Made by a program: the position numbers and the translations under genes
The notes under the pieces: generated by a model
Databases searched by the model: none
Seen by the model: the letters and a program-made list of their open reading frames with translations, nothing else
What the model was told of the DNA's origin: nothing
Origin: a virus
Taxonomy: Duplodnaviria; Caudoviricetes
Virus record (IMG/VR): IMGVR_UViG_3300037184_000106
Coordinates: 1 to 52,237 of that record
Strand: one strand, 5' to 3'
Length of the DNA stretch: 52,237 bases
In this document: piece after piece, positions 40,379-48,781 of the stretch
How positions within the stretch are numbered: position 1 is the first letter of the stretch
Layout of the letters: every line of letters starts with the position of its first letter

Positions 40379-41091
40379 TGAATTATCCATTATACAGCGA
40401 CACACTCTGTCTTGATATCTGGAATAAAGACGGTGAAAACTATGTGATGAAACCGGAGATTCGAAAAGATCTTCTTCAAATTGCTCAAGATTTCATCAAA
40501 GAGGATCTTAAAGACGCAAAGATTACGATTGGTATAAAAGATGTAGTCATTATCGGATCATCGGTTAATTACAATTGGACGCCATATTCTGATATAGATT
40601 TGCACATCTTAGTAGATTTCTCAGAACTGGATATGTCTGAACAGGACGCCGAGGCTTTTCTTGGAGCAATTAAAGCAAATTGGAATAAGAAACATCATAT
40701 TACAATAAAAGGTCACGATCTAGAAATTTACGTTCAAGGAATAAGTCAAAAAGTGGATTCTTCGGCAGCATATTCTATAAAAAATGGTAAATGGATCAAG
40801 CCTCCAATAAAAAATAGACCTTCGTTTAACAAAGAACTAATCAAGAAGAAGCATAAGGATCTTAAAGCCCGCATAGATGCCGTTATAAACGACAGGAACG
40901 AGGAAGAATTGAGAAAGATACTGGAGAAGCTGTTTGTTATACGACAGGCTGGATTGGACAAGAAAGGCGAATTCTCCGAAGAAAATATTGTATTCAAGAT
41001 CCTGAGGGCGCAAGGGTATCTTGATAAATTAAAAGATTACATTGTAAAAATTTACGATAAAGAACGGTCTATCTCAGAATTATCAATTTAG
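40378..41091 (+). CDS. Pol-beta-superfamily nucleotidyltransferase
   Basis: GSSVNYNW..YSDIDLHI, ExYVQ, GEFSEENIVFKILR. Confidence 0.8.
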   Translation: MNYPLYSDTLCLDIWNKDGENYVMKPEIRKDLLQIAQDFIKEDLKDAKITIGIKDVVIIGSSVNYNWTPYSDIDLHILVDFSELDMSEQDAEAFLGAIKANWNKKHHITIKGHDLEIYVQGISQKVDSSAAYSIKNGKWIKPPIKNRPSFNKELIKKKHKDLKARIDAVINDRNEEELRKILEKLFVIRQAGLDKKGEFSEENIVFKILRAQGYLDKLKDYIVKIYDKERSISELSI

Positions 41092-41093
41092 TG

Positions 41094-41121
41094 TTGACAT
41101 TTGATAAAAGTCAATCAAACT
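41094..41121 (+). promoter_or_regulatory. sigma70-like promoter
   Basis: TTGACA-16 nt-CAAACT; ATG 7 nt downstream. Confidence 0.55.
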
Positions 41122-41128
41122 GTCCGGT

Positions 41129-41899
41129 ATGAGTAAATATGACATTCGTAAAACCAGCAAACTAAAATTTGCTCGGTTTGGGGGTCTGTCTTCCGTTAAT
41201 CAACGAGGCTATAAAAACCATCCGAAAAGTTTTCACAGTCCTCCAGCACACCGTGGATTTTATGCTTTCGTGTGGCCATATTACGAATTTTTTCTACTCG
41301 GCGCTCCCGAAACCGATGATCCGAAGGTTCCCGGTTCAAAGTTTTCTTATGTTAGGGACGATAATGGAGATATCATTACCGACAAACATCCTGAGTACGA
41401 AGCATTAACCGAAAGATGGAAATGCTGGTCTGTTGATAGTAGCGAATACACTAAATACAAAAAAGATCATTATCCAGAAGGAGAACCGGATTATGAAGCC
41501 AGTGACACAGTATGGAATGCTTGGAGACCAAAACGAGATGCTTTTTATACTGCATGGGAGAAAACCGGCCCCCCTCGTTCGGTGCTCGTTACCAAACCTC
41601 ATCCTCGAATCTTCACTCACACCGGACAACTTTGGCATCATCTGGAATCATCCATGAGTCCCGGAAGAATCTTAGGTCGTCACGGAAGCTGGGTAAAGTC
41701 GGATGTAAATGATTATCGGGATGCACTGGAGAAAGAAATGCATGCCGCTCGACGGGATACTGTGAGCATTGGGCATAGCACATTTAAAGAATTCGGAGGA
41801 AATGATTCGTTAGTGAATACTTATTTCTCTCCAAATTCCAAAAATCCATTTCGGAATTACGACAAATGCATGCTCGAAGTTTTTATCGAGAAACTCTAA
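41129..41899 (+). CDS. Hypothetical protein
   Basis: 256-aa ORF, FHSPPAHRGFYAF...LWHHL...LEVFIE. Confidence 0.65.
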   Translation: MSKYDIRKTSKLKFARFGGLSSVNQRGYKNHPKSFHSPPAHRGFYAFVWPYYEFFLLGAPETDDPKVPGSKFSYVRDDNGDIITDKHPEYEALTERWKCWSVDSSEYTKYKKDHYPEGEPDYEASDTVWNAWRPKRDAFYTAWEKTGPPRSVLVTKPHPRIFTHTGQLWHHLESSMSPGRILGRHGSWVKSDVNDYRDALEKEMHAARRDTVSIGHSTFKEFGGNDSLVNTYFSPNSKNPFRNYDKCMLEVFIEKL

Positions 41900-42101
41900 T
41901 CACTCGGTGTTTGATCTCTATTATTGATCCAAATTCTTTAGCAATACGGCGTAATTCTTCATAAAGAGCTGCCATCGTCTCATATTCATTAGGAGAAAGT
42001 TTCGATGGCTCAATTCCATTTACATAATCAATAATTTGAGCCCCATTGTCTTCAGGATAACGCCGAGTAAATGAGATAGTAGTGTCAGGTAGTAGTTTCA
42101 T
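41883..42101 (-). CDS. Small hypothetical protein
   Basis: Overlap-coupled ORF in minus-strand operon. Confidence 0.5.
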   Translation of the reverse strand: MKLLPDTTISFTRRYPEDNGAQIIDYVNGIEPSKLSPNEYETMAALYEELRRIAKEFGSIIEIKHRVIRVSR

Positions 42102-42324
42102 ATGTAATTAGTTTCTTTAATTCCTCACGTAATTTTTGTCTAACCGGTCTTCCGTCGATAGATGGTTCGGCCAAATATTCTCGTAGTTTTTCTTCCAACG
42201 TAGCCAATCTAATTGACGCTGGAGACGTTGAACATGACCAGCACACTTGAGCACTAGAAAACCCTCCACATATCCGACACTTCATTTCGGTGCGTTGGAC
42301 TGGACGTAATTCGTCTATATTCAT
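42085..42324 (-). CDS. Small hypothetical zinc-finger protein
   Basis: CRIC...CWSC; ATGA overlap with upstream gene. Confidence 0.55.
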   Translation of the reverse strand: MNIDELRPVQRTEMKCRICGGFSSAQVCWSCSTSPASIRLATLEEKLREYLAEPSIDGRPVRQKLREELKKLITYETTT

Positions 42325-42881
42325 GATTTGAAAGTATTTTCGTAAACGGCTTTAATTGCATTTATGCCGTTAGCATTAATTTCACGTGTACCGATCCCGG
42401 CAAAGTTTTCTGTTAGAAGTGGTGTATATGGATAGTTAAAAAAGACATCCTCATCAAAAGAGAACCTATACCACGTTCCTTCGTTCTGTTCATAGAAACA
42501 AATTGGTTTATTATTGTTTATAGCCATCTGTACAGCCCACCCGGTTCCTCCATTAACCAGTTTTTTTGATCCTTTAATGAATGTACCTATTGGAAATATG
42601 CACTCGGAATTTTTTACCTGAAACCAGTTTCTTGCAATAAGATTCCTCACGTAACGTTTATCTACCACATAATTCCAAGGACGTTTTAAAATTATTGAGG
42701 CAGATTCTGCTTGTTCGGCACCTTCATCCAATTCGGTCGAAGTAAGTATTTGACGGTTCTTTGAATATTGAGTGTGACCAAGGAAAGAATAACCAATGGA
42801 TTTAACTCCGTATTTATATCCTTCATTTTCCCACGTCATGTCTGCACCCGGACAACCTCCACTGTGATTAACATAGTTCAT
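42321..42881 (-). CDS. SLOG-superfamily (DprA/MoCo-carrier-like) nucleotide-binding protein
   Basis: Start ATG 42881; HSGGCPGAD, RNWFQV, GGTGWAVQMA, FAGIGTR. Confidence 0.65.
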   Translation of the reverse strand: MNYVNHSGGCPGADMTWENEGYKYGVKSIGYSFLGHTQYSKNRQILTSTELDEGAEQAESASIILKRPWNYVVDKRYVRNLIARNWFQVKNSECIFPIGTFIKGSKKLVNGGTGWAVQMAINNNKPICFYEQNEGTWYRFSFDEDVFFNYPYTPLLTENFAGIGTREINANGINAIKAVYENTFKS

Positions 42882-42890
42882 TTTGACATA

Positions 42891-42919
42891 AGTGTCATAT
42901 AAAATGTTCGTTTTGTCAA
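42891..42919 (-). promoter_or_regulatory. sigma70-like promoter
   Basis: TTGACA-17 nt-GACACT; ATG 9 nt downstream. Confidence 0.55.
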
Positions 42920-42963
42920 GAAAAATCCCTAGAATCGTGATACTTATCATCTAGGAGAATATT

Positions 42964-43683
42964 ATGACAAAAGTATGTACTAAATGTAGAACCGAAAGAT
43001 CTATTGAAGAATTCAACAATTGGAGTCGTGGAAAAGATGGAAAGTTTCACCAATGTAAAATATGTTGTTACGAGAGATATAAGAATTATAGAAAAAATAA
43101 TCGGAGTAAGTTACTTCTATATGGAAAAAATTATTATAAAACATATTACAAGAATAATAAAGAAAGTGTCATAGCAAGTCATAAGAAAGATTACGAACAA
43201 AATAAAGAAAAATGGAAATTGACCAGAAAAAAATATTATGAAGAGAATAAAAGTAGATTATTAAAAATTCAAAAAGAGAGATTGAAAGACCCAGTGGTGA
43301 GAGTTAATAGATTAAAAAGATCAGCTATCCGTGAGAAAGAAAGATGTAAAGAGGATATAAATTTCAAACTTAAGAAATATTTGCGAACACGTGTTTGGAA
43401 CGCACTTAAAGGAAGAGTCAAATCAAAAAGAACACGAGAACTCCTTGGAGCAACAATAGAAATTATAAAAGACCATTTACAATCGAAGTTTGTCGAAGGA
43501 ATGTCGTGGGAAAATTATGGAAAATGGCACGTTGACCATATTATTCCTTGTGATTCATTTGATTTATCAATAGAAGAAAATCAAAAGAAATGTTTTCATT
43601 ATACAAATTTACAGCCTCTCTGGGCTATAGATAATATACTAAAAAGTAATAAATTAGTCAGTCCATTGACCTATTCTTTTTAA
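42964..43683 (+). CDS. HNH-type homing endonuclease
   Basis: CTKC...CKIC; WHVDHIIPC...CFHYTNLQPLWA.DN..KSNK; SD AGGAG. Confidence 0.85.
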   Translation: MTKVCTKCRTERSIEEFNNWSRGKDGKFHQCKICCYERYKNYRKNNRSKLLLYGKNYYKTYYKNNKESVIASHKKDYEQNKEKWKLTRKKYYEENKSRLLKIQKERLKDPVVRVNRLKRSAIREKERCKEDINFKLKKYLRTRVWNALKGRVKSKRTRELLGATIEIIKDHLQSKFVEGMSWENYGKWHVDHIIPCDSFDLSIEENQKKCFHYTNLQPLWAIDNILKSNKLVSPLTYSF

Positions 43684-44082
43684 TTCTTGCTCTATTAAAT
43701 ACCAATCATTTTTTTCAAAGCAACTTTTATCATCAAGTAAGATGTTAAAATAAAATTTCCTATCGAAATTGCATAGTTCATTGCTTGGACAGTCTAAATT
43801 TTCATTTACGAACTTGAAATAAACTTCTTCTTTTCGTAAATTTTCTAATACAGTACGTGTTGGCTCGCCATGAGAGGAAGTCCAGAGTATCAAAACAGTA
43901 TCAGACCGTTTCGATAAATACCGAAGCACTTTTAGAGCATTGGGAAGATATCTAGCTCCGTCATTGTTCTTCTTGTAAACCCCCTCAAGGATGACATCAT
44001 GAACGTCAATGCACCAATACAACTTCTCCCATCCACGTTCCTTTTTGTCTTTAAATGCCCGTTCTATATTAAAAATATTCAT
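43654..44082 (-). CDS. HAD-superfamily phosphatase-like protein
   Basis: IDVHDVI, ILWTS, VNEN, LLDDKS. Confidence 0.65.
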   Translation of the reverse strand: MNIFNIERAFKDKKERGWEKLYWCIDVHDVILEGVYKKNNDGARYLPNALKVLRYLSKRSDTVLILWTSSHGEPTRTVLENLRKEEVYFKFVNENLDCPSNELCNFDRKFYFNILLDDKSCFEKNDWYLIEQELKRIGQWTD

Positions 44083-44089
44083 GCAAAAC

Positions 44090-44117
44090 AGCTTGAACGA
44101 GACTTATAAAATGTCAA
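44090..44117 (-). promoter_or_regulatory. sigma70-like promoter
   Basis: TTGACA-16 nt-CAAGCT; ATG 7 nt downstream. Confidence 0.5.
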
Positions 44118-44123
44118 GAACAA

Positions 44124-44291
44124 TTATTCTCCAGAGCTATACTGAAGATAATCTTCTTCATCCTGACACCATTTTATGAGTTGATTTCTGCACTCGGGCG
44201 TAATAGCTTGACTCATCTGACGAAGACCAGCACGGACAACCGAGATAACTTCCAATAAATGTTCTTCAGGTATAGCAAGTATTTCGTTCAT
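44124..44291 (-). CDS. Small hypothetical protein (55 aa, not in ORF track)
   Basis: MNEILAIPEEHLLEVISVVRAGLRQ...YSSGE*; ATGA overlap with 44288-44473. Confidence 0.55.
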   Translation of the reverse strand: MNEILAIPEEHLLEVISVVRAGLRQMSQAITPECRNQLIKWCQDEEDYLQYSSGE

Positions 44292-44473
44292 TGTTCTTTT
44301 TTTCTAAAATCACTGGCTCTATAGGATGACCATCCAAGTGCGAATATCTGATTAGGTGGTAGTTTTTCAATTTCCTCTCTAATACTATCATTTCCACTCG
44401 ACCACCATTCTTTTGCAGCTTCTCCGTTCCATCTAGCTATAATTGACAATTCTTCTTCGGTAAAATTTTTCAT
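44288..44473 (-). CDS. Small hypothetical protein
   Basis: 61 aa, ATGA-coupled to neighbours. Confidence 0.5.
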   Translation of the reverse strand: MKNFTEEELSIIARWNGEAAKEWWSSGNDSIREEIEKLPPNQIFALGWSSYRASDFRKKEQ

Positions 44474-44904
44474 CCGAATGATGCCTCTACATTGAAGATT
44501 CCTTTAAGATGTTCGATTGTTGACTTGATTTCCACTGCCTCTGGAGCATCTGTTTTACAGATAACTCGAAATTGACTATTTCCATATCTGTCATATTTCT
44601 CTGGACGGATCAATCTGTCAGCTTCTTTCTCCGTTACAATACCTTCTTCAACAGCTGATTTAAGTTCTTCCTCAGTCATAAGTTTTTCGGCATATTTCTC
44701 ATCAATATAGGTATCCACAGCATACGCAACATCGATAGTGAACAGATCTTCGGATTTTTTAGTTGATTCGGCAAGTTTCAATATATTGTTAATTAGAGCA
44801 TGAACCATATTGACCGAGCCATCGTCAACGGACATGAATACTTGACTACTGGAATTAGTAATCAAGTCAACGAAACTATGATATGGAATTGAGAATGTAT
44901 ACAT
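44470..44904 (-). CDS. ITNSS-motif family protein, copy 5
   Basis: MYTFSIPYHSFVDLITNSSSQVF. Confidence 0.75.
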   Translation of the reverse strand: MYTFSIPYHSFVDLITNSSSQVFMSVDDGSVNMVHALINNILKLAESTKKSEDLFTIDVAYAVDTYIDEKYAEKLMTEEELKSAVEEGIVTEKEADRLIRPEKYDRYGNSQFRVICKTDAPEAVEIKSTIEHLKGIFNVEASFG

Positions 44905-44906
44905 AA

Positions 44907-45434
44907 TTAGTTATACGTCGCTTCGATTTCAAACAATGCGGTGAGATCGGACAACACTTTGGCCGCAGCAACCGCAGATTTGTTGGTCTTGTCCTTTACC
45001 GTAACACGAATTTGAGATCTTGGATACCCTTCACCATCGTCATCATTAAATGACCACGTTTCCAGCTCTTCGATCTTGCCAGTCAAATCTTCACGTTCCT
45101 TACTAGAACCATCAGGAAGCTTTTCTAACTCATTCGAATATTTTTCGATAAGATCGTCGATTTCCTTTTTCTTTACCTTTATTTCTTTTTCGGTAAGAAA
45201 GACTTCATCGTACCCTTCATCAGTACAACTAAAAACAATTTCAAAATCAAAAAGTTCGTCAACCGTGTATGGGATATGATCTCCGGTAGGTTCCTTCTGA
45301 CCAGCATTAATTAAATCATTTACCAATTTCTTGATAGCTTTGACAGTGCTTTTATTTGCAGCAACGAAGATTTCGCTGCTTGAATTCGTAATAACGTCCA
45401 CGATACTATGGACTGGAATGAGTAATGTTTTCAT
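44907..45434 (-). CDS. ITNSS-motif family protein, copy 4
   Basis: Start ATG 45434: MKTLLIPVHSIVDVITNSSSEIF. Confidence 0.75.
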   Translation of the reverse strand: MKTLLIPVHSIVDVITNSSSEIFVAANKSTVKAIKKLVNDLINAGQKEPTGDHIPYTVDELFDFEIVFSCTDEGYDEVFLTEKEIKVKKKEIDDLIEKYSNELEKLPDGSSKEREDLTGKIEELETWSFNDDDGEGYPRSQIRVTVKDKTNKSAVAAAKVLSDLTALFEIEATYN

Positions 45435-45444
45435 GTTTTTAGTT

Positions 45445-45864
45445 TTATTGTTCACATTGTTCCGCCGATGTTGATACACCAAATTCTTCCAGCAACTTGG
45501 CAATTTTCTTTAGACTTGCATCAGTGCCTTTCTTAGCAGTGATCTTAAGAACATTCCATTTCTTTGTATATTCGTCGTCAATTTCGATGTTGTTCTTATC
45601 AAAAAATCTACTCGCCGCAGCCCTGTCAGGAAATTCTTTTTCTTCACGATCATAATTGTCACCGACTGGATATCTAACCCAATAGGCGAGCGATACATCG
45701 AATAATTCATCGACCGTTTGAGTCGATCCAGTAGCCTTGAGAATAGCGGTAAGAACGCTTTTAGCAGCCGTGACTGTTTGTTCCGTAGCCTCAACATACA
45801 GTTCGGTAGAACTGTTGGTAATTACGTCTATCACGGAATGAATAGGTATAATGATTGATTTCAT
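45445..45864 (-). CDS. ITNSS-motif family protein, copy 3
   Basis: MKSIIIPIHSVIDVITNSSTELY. Confidence 0.75.
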   Translation of the reverse strand: MKSIIIPIHSVIDVITNSSTELYVEATEQTVTAAKSVLTAILKATGSTQTVDELFDVSLAYWVRYPVGDNYDREEKEFPDRAAASRFFDKNNIEIDDEYTKKWNVLKITAKKGTDASLKKIAKLLEEFGVSTSAEQCEQ

Positions 45865-45875
45865 AGAGATTAAAA

Positions 45876-46184
45876 TTATCTATCGGTTTCAGCGGTAATA
45901 TCAAACAATCCACTTAGATTGCTTAAAGTCATCGCTGCTTCCTTTATTTTACTTAGGTTCGGAACATCGCCATCTGATTTGGGTGTTACAACAACTCTGT
46001 TACGATGTAGACTTATTACAAACAAGTCATCGAATTTATACGTTGACCCGGCCCCGTCTAGAATATTATCTACCAATTCTTTTACCGAACTAACCGTGCC
46101 CTCATCGGCATGAATATACACTTCAGTAGAACTGTTTGTGATCATGTTAACGAAACTATGGATCGTAAGATTTAAACTTTTCAT
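45876..46184 (-). CDS. ITNSS-motif family protein, copy 2
   Basis: Start ATG 46184: MKSLNLTIHSFVNMITNSSTEVY. Confidence 0.75.
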   Translation of the reverse strand: MKSLNLTIHSFVNMITNSSTEVYIHADEGTVSSVKELVDNILDGAGSTYKFDDLFVISLHRNRVVVTPKSDGDVPNLSKIKEAAMTLSNLSGLFDITAETDR

Positions 46185-46185
46185 A

Positions 46186-46632
46186 TTAACAAGATCGTTC
46201 TCCGAGTGTATATGCACCGATCAGTCCAGACAATGATTTTGCTGCTTTAACTGCTTCTTTATTCGTTTCGTCTGTGGCTTTAACCTCAACGACACATGTG
46301 TAATATTCACTTTCCTCGGTTGGAAAGTTCCACTCATCAATCTCGTCGTCAGTTTCATCAGCTTCATAACGCTTCTCCAATTCAGCCTTTTTAGCGGTGA
46401 TTTCTTTCTTGGTCAGGAATATTTCCTTACCCGTTGGATCATCACAGGCATAAACCAGACGAAAGGTGAATAGATCATCAGGAATTACACTGCTACCGGC
46501 AGCAGACAGTATATTAGCAGTAACTTTCTTTAGAGCAGTGACAGTCTCGCTTGTTGCAGCGATGAATGCCTCGGAGGACGAATTCGTGATAAGATCAACG
46601 AATGAATGTATAGGAACGAGTATTGGTTTCAT
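46186..46632 (-). CDS. ITNSS-motif family protein, copy 1
   Basis: MKPILVPIHSFVDLITNSSSEAF. Confidence 0.75.
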   Translation of the reverse strand: MKPILVPIHSFVDLITNSSSEAFIAATSETVTALKKVTANILSAAGSSVIPDDLFTFRLVYACDDPTGKEIFLTKKEITAKKAELEKRYEADETDDEIDEWNFPTEESEYYTCVVEVKATDETNKEAVKAAKSLSGLIGAYTLGERSC

Positions 46633-46636
46633 ATTT

Positions 46637-46825
46637 TTAGAGAAAATTTATGTTAGGCGTATAAACGGAAATTTTTAGAAGAGTTCCATCTGGACACGCA
46701 AATACAAACGGTTTCTTCTTGGCTTCAGTAGCCATTTTAGAAATAAAAACTCTCATTCCACGTTGTTCTTCCCAAGACGGGGTTTCTTTGAGATTTTTCA
46801 AATAGTCAAATGGTGTTATATTCAT
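46637..46825 (-). CDS. Small hypothetical protein
   Basis: 62 aa, fills gap in minus-strand operon. Confidence 0.5.
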   Translation of the reverse strand: MNITPFDYLKNLKETPSWEEQRGMRVFISKMATEAKKKPFVFACPDGTLLKISVYTPNINFL

Positions 46826-46828
46826 AAT

Positions 46829-47131
46829 TTATTTCTTATCGGGAGCGATAACATAATCGATTACGATCCACTCCTGCCCCTGTTCAGTTTGTATTCCAAC
46901 ACAACCGGTAAGCGAATTTTCAGATTGATCTGGATTGACGAATACTTTGTAATCGAATAGTTTGGATTTGGCTTTCAATCGACCGATCTCTTCACTTACC
47001 TTTTCAACAAATATGTTCGTATTATCCTCTTTATTGTCAAAGAGAAGTTTTTCACCAACATCAGAAATTACTTTCTGGATGGCTTCAATTTGTTTCTTTA
47101 CGGTGGGGTTCTTGAGTGGATCTTTTTTCAT
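46829..47131 (-). CDS. Stand-alone tail-sheath C-terminal-domain-like mini-protein
   Basis: By-eye alignment to last ~100 aa of the sheath (LLFD/LVFE, LFDYKVFVN/LYAFKVVMD, EWIVIDYVI/EFIILDFNI). Confidence 0.6.
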   Translation of the reverse strand: MKKDPLKNPTVKKQIEAIQKVISDVGEKLLFDNKEDNTNIFVEKVSEEIGRLKAKSKLFDYKVFVNPDQSENSLTGCVGIQTEQGQEWIVIDYVIAPDKK

Positions 47132-47194
47132 ATTTTCTTTACTTTTCGATTATATTCTCGTTCGAGTTTATTCAGTTCTTTATCACACTTGGAT

Positions 47195-47413
47195 TTAATT
47201 CTCTATTGCTTTATCATTAGCTCGACGCAACGCTTCCAATTTTCTCGTTGTACGCTCACAATCGGCTGGAACTTCCTCTACGGTATCTGCTCTATCTTGA
47301 CCAGTATGTTTTGCATCTATAATAGACCGAGCTTCGTCTAAGGAATTCGCCTTCAAAAATTCCTCCCAACCCCAACCACCCGGTCTATCTAGATATGCCC
47401 GAAAATGTTTCAT
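47195..47413 (-). CDS. Small hypothetical protein, possibly frameshift-truncated
   Basis: 72 aa; a coiled-coil continuation exists in the +1 frame to 47128. Confidence 0.5.
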   Translation of the reverse strand: MKHFRAYLDRPGGWGWEEFLKANSLDEARSIIDAKHTGQDRADTVEEVPADCERTTRKLEALRRANDKAIEN

Positions 47414-48417
47414 TTGAACGACATTTCATTCTTGAAGAACCACGCCTTCGCGGCCTTCGTAATTTCACCACCGGCTTTCTTGATATCCAAACCAGAAGCC
47501 TTGGCAGTATCGGATTCTTCCTTTTCCACGTCGGCAACAATCCATTTTATAAATTCGCCGATTGAAGTACGATCCAACTGTTTGCCAGCTTCACGAAGTT
47601 TGTCAATGCCTTGACGGCAACGATTCTCCGTAACAGTCTTTTCGGCAAATTCCCGTTGAGAGTTGACTAACTCAACATCGACGGCAGCAAGGGTCTTGAC
47701 CTTGGAAGAGGAATGTTTCACTCCCTTAACCTTGAAATAGAACTGTGGATCTTCCCATCCGGGAGTAATACACTTCCAAACAATTCCTTCGCCGATACCA
47801 TCAACACCCATTGCCTTGGCAACAGGACAGGATTCCTCGACTTTGATCGTCAGTTCAGACAACTTGTTCTGGGACAACTCAGGACGATTAAAATCAATAT
47901 CAATGGTTTCAGTCTGATAATCGTAGATATTGTAAACACCAATAGATTCATATTTGACCTTGCTGACAAACTCACGGGGAAGCCATTTACCATCAACAAC
48001 AATGTTAAAGATAACAAATCGCTTGGATAGCTGAGCTAAAGCAACAGTGGGCTGAATACTGCCTCCGCACCACTCACCGTAAATGATCACTTCATTGAAT
48101 AGAGGAAAGTTCTTGATGAAACTCAAATCCTTGTCACCAGTCAGAAAATGACGAACAAATCCAGCATTGTCTTTCTCCAACGTGAGAATGGTATCCCGAG
48201 ACTGAAACCATAGTTCAGAAGTCGTGGCGTTCCAACAAATAGCTGCATTCGTTCCATGCAATTTGACCGTTCCTTCGTAGGTCAAAACGGGCAAAACTTT
48301 TGTGTGATCATAAATTGGATCTCCACCATTATCCACACCAATATGGCGGGCGGCACAAGTAACCTTGTGAATGGCATTTCGGAATTGTTCGATCTCTGGA
48401 TAGCGAATATGTCTCAT
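47410..48417 (-). CDS. Rnl2-family RNA ligase
   Basis: YPEIEQF, motif I TVKLHGTNA, QSR, IYGEWCG, FVIFNI, GEGIVW, FKVKG. Confidence 0.85.
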   Translation of the reverse strand: MRHIRYPEIEQFRNAIHKVTCAARHIGVDNGGDPIYDHTKVLPVLTYEGTVKLHGTNAAICWNATTSELWFQSRDTILTLEKDNAGFVRHFLTGDKDLSFIKNFPLFNEVIIYGEWCGGSIQPTVALAQLSKRFVIFNIVVDGKWLPREFVSKVKYESIGVYNIYDYQTETIDIDFNRPELSQNKLSELTIKVEESCPVAKAMGVDGIGEGIVWKCITPGWEDPQFYFKVKGVKHSSSKVKTLAAVDVELVNSQREFAEKTVTENRCRQGIDKLREAGKQLDRTSIGEFIKWIVADVEKEESDTAKASGLDIKKAGGEITKAAKAWFFKNEMSFK

Positions 48418-48427
48418 AATTTGGCCC

Positions 48428-48455
48428 ATAATGACTTTTTATTGTCAGTTGTCAA
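48428..48455 (-). promoter_or_regulatory. sigma70-like promoter heading the RNA ligase-ITNSS operon
   Basis: TTGACA-16 nt-CATTAT; ATG 48417 is 10 nt downstream. Confidence 0.55.
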
Positions 48456-48780
48456 GCACAATTTCGGAATTAATGCTATGTTGTTTAATTTCAAAATTGA
48501 GCAGAACCGGATCTCTCATGTAAGGCGAAGAGAGTTGAAGAGTTCCGTGGAGATATTCCTGTTCAGGATCTGACATAATCACTAGAACATGCTTAAGATA
48601 ACATCCTCGTTTCTGAAGATCGACCATATAATCATCGATCATCCGATAAAGTTTATCTACAGTTTCCTTTCCCAGTCGTTCTCCAAAGGCGAATTCCGTT
48701 AGAAAAGAAATAACCGATCTTCGAATATAAACCATATAGCGCCGAACACCTACTGTATTAAGTGTGCCGTCGTATTTCAT
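48445..48780 (-). CDS. Stand-alone tail-sheath C-terminal-domain-like mini-protein
   Basis: Start ATG 48780; LNTVGVRRYMVYIRRSV vs sheath LDRINVRRLLIALKKFI; YMVDLQKR vs YLEGVQQR; LHGTLQL vs MYGQIWL; VLLNFEI vs IILDFNI. Confidence 0.65.
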   Translation of the reverse strand: MKYDGTLNTVGVRRYMVYIRRSVISFLTEFAFGERLGKETVDKLYRMIDDYMVDLQKRGCYLKHVLVIMSDPEQEYLHGTLQLSSPYMRDPVLLNFEIKQHSINSEIVLDN

Positions 48781-48781
48781 C

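Noticed and set aside
42884-42897. TGACA-N4-TGTCA palindrome (and TTGAC...GTCAA at 41094-41114) as repressor operators
   Set aside because: Short, with inconsistent spacing, and explainable by chance plus the -35 sequence itself
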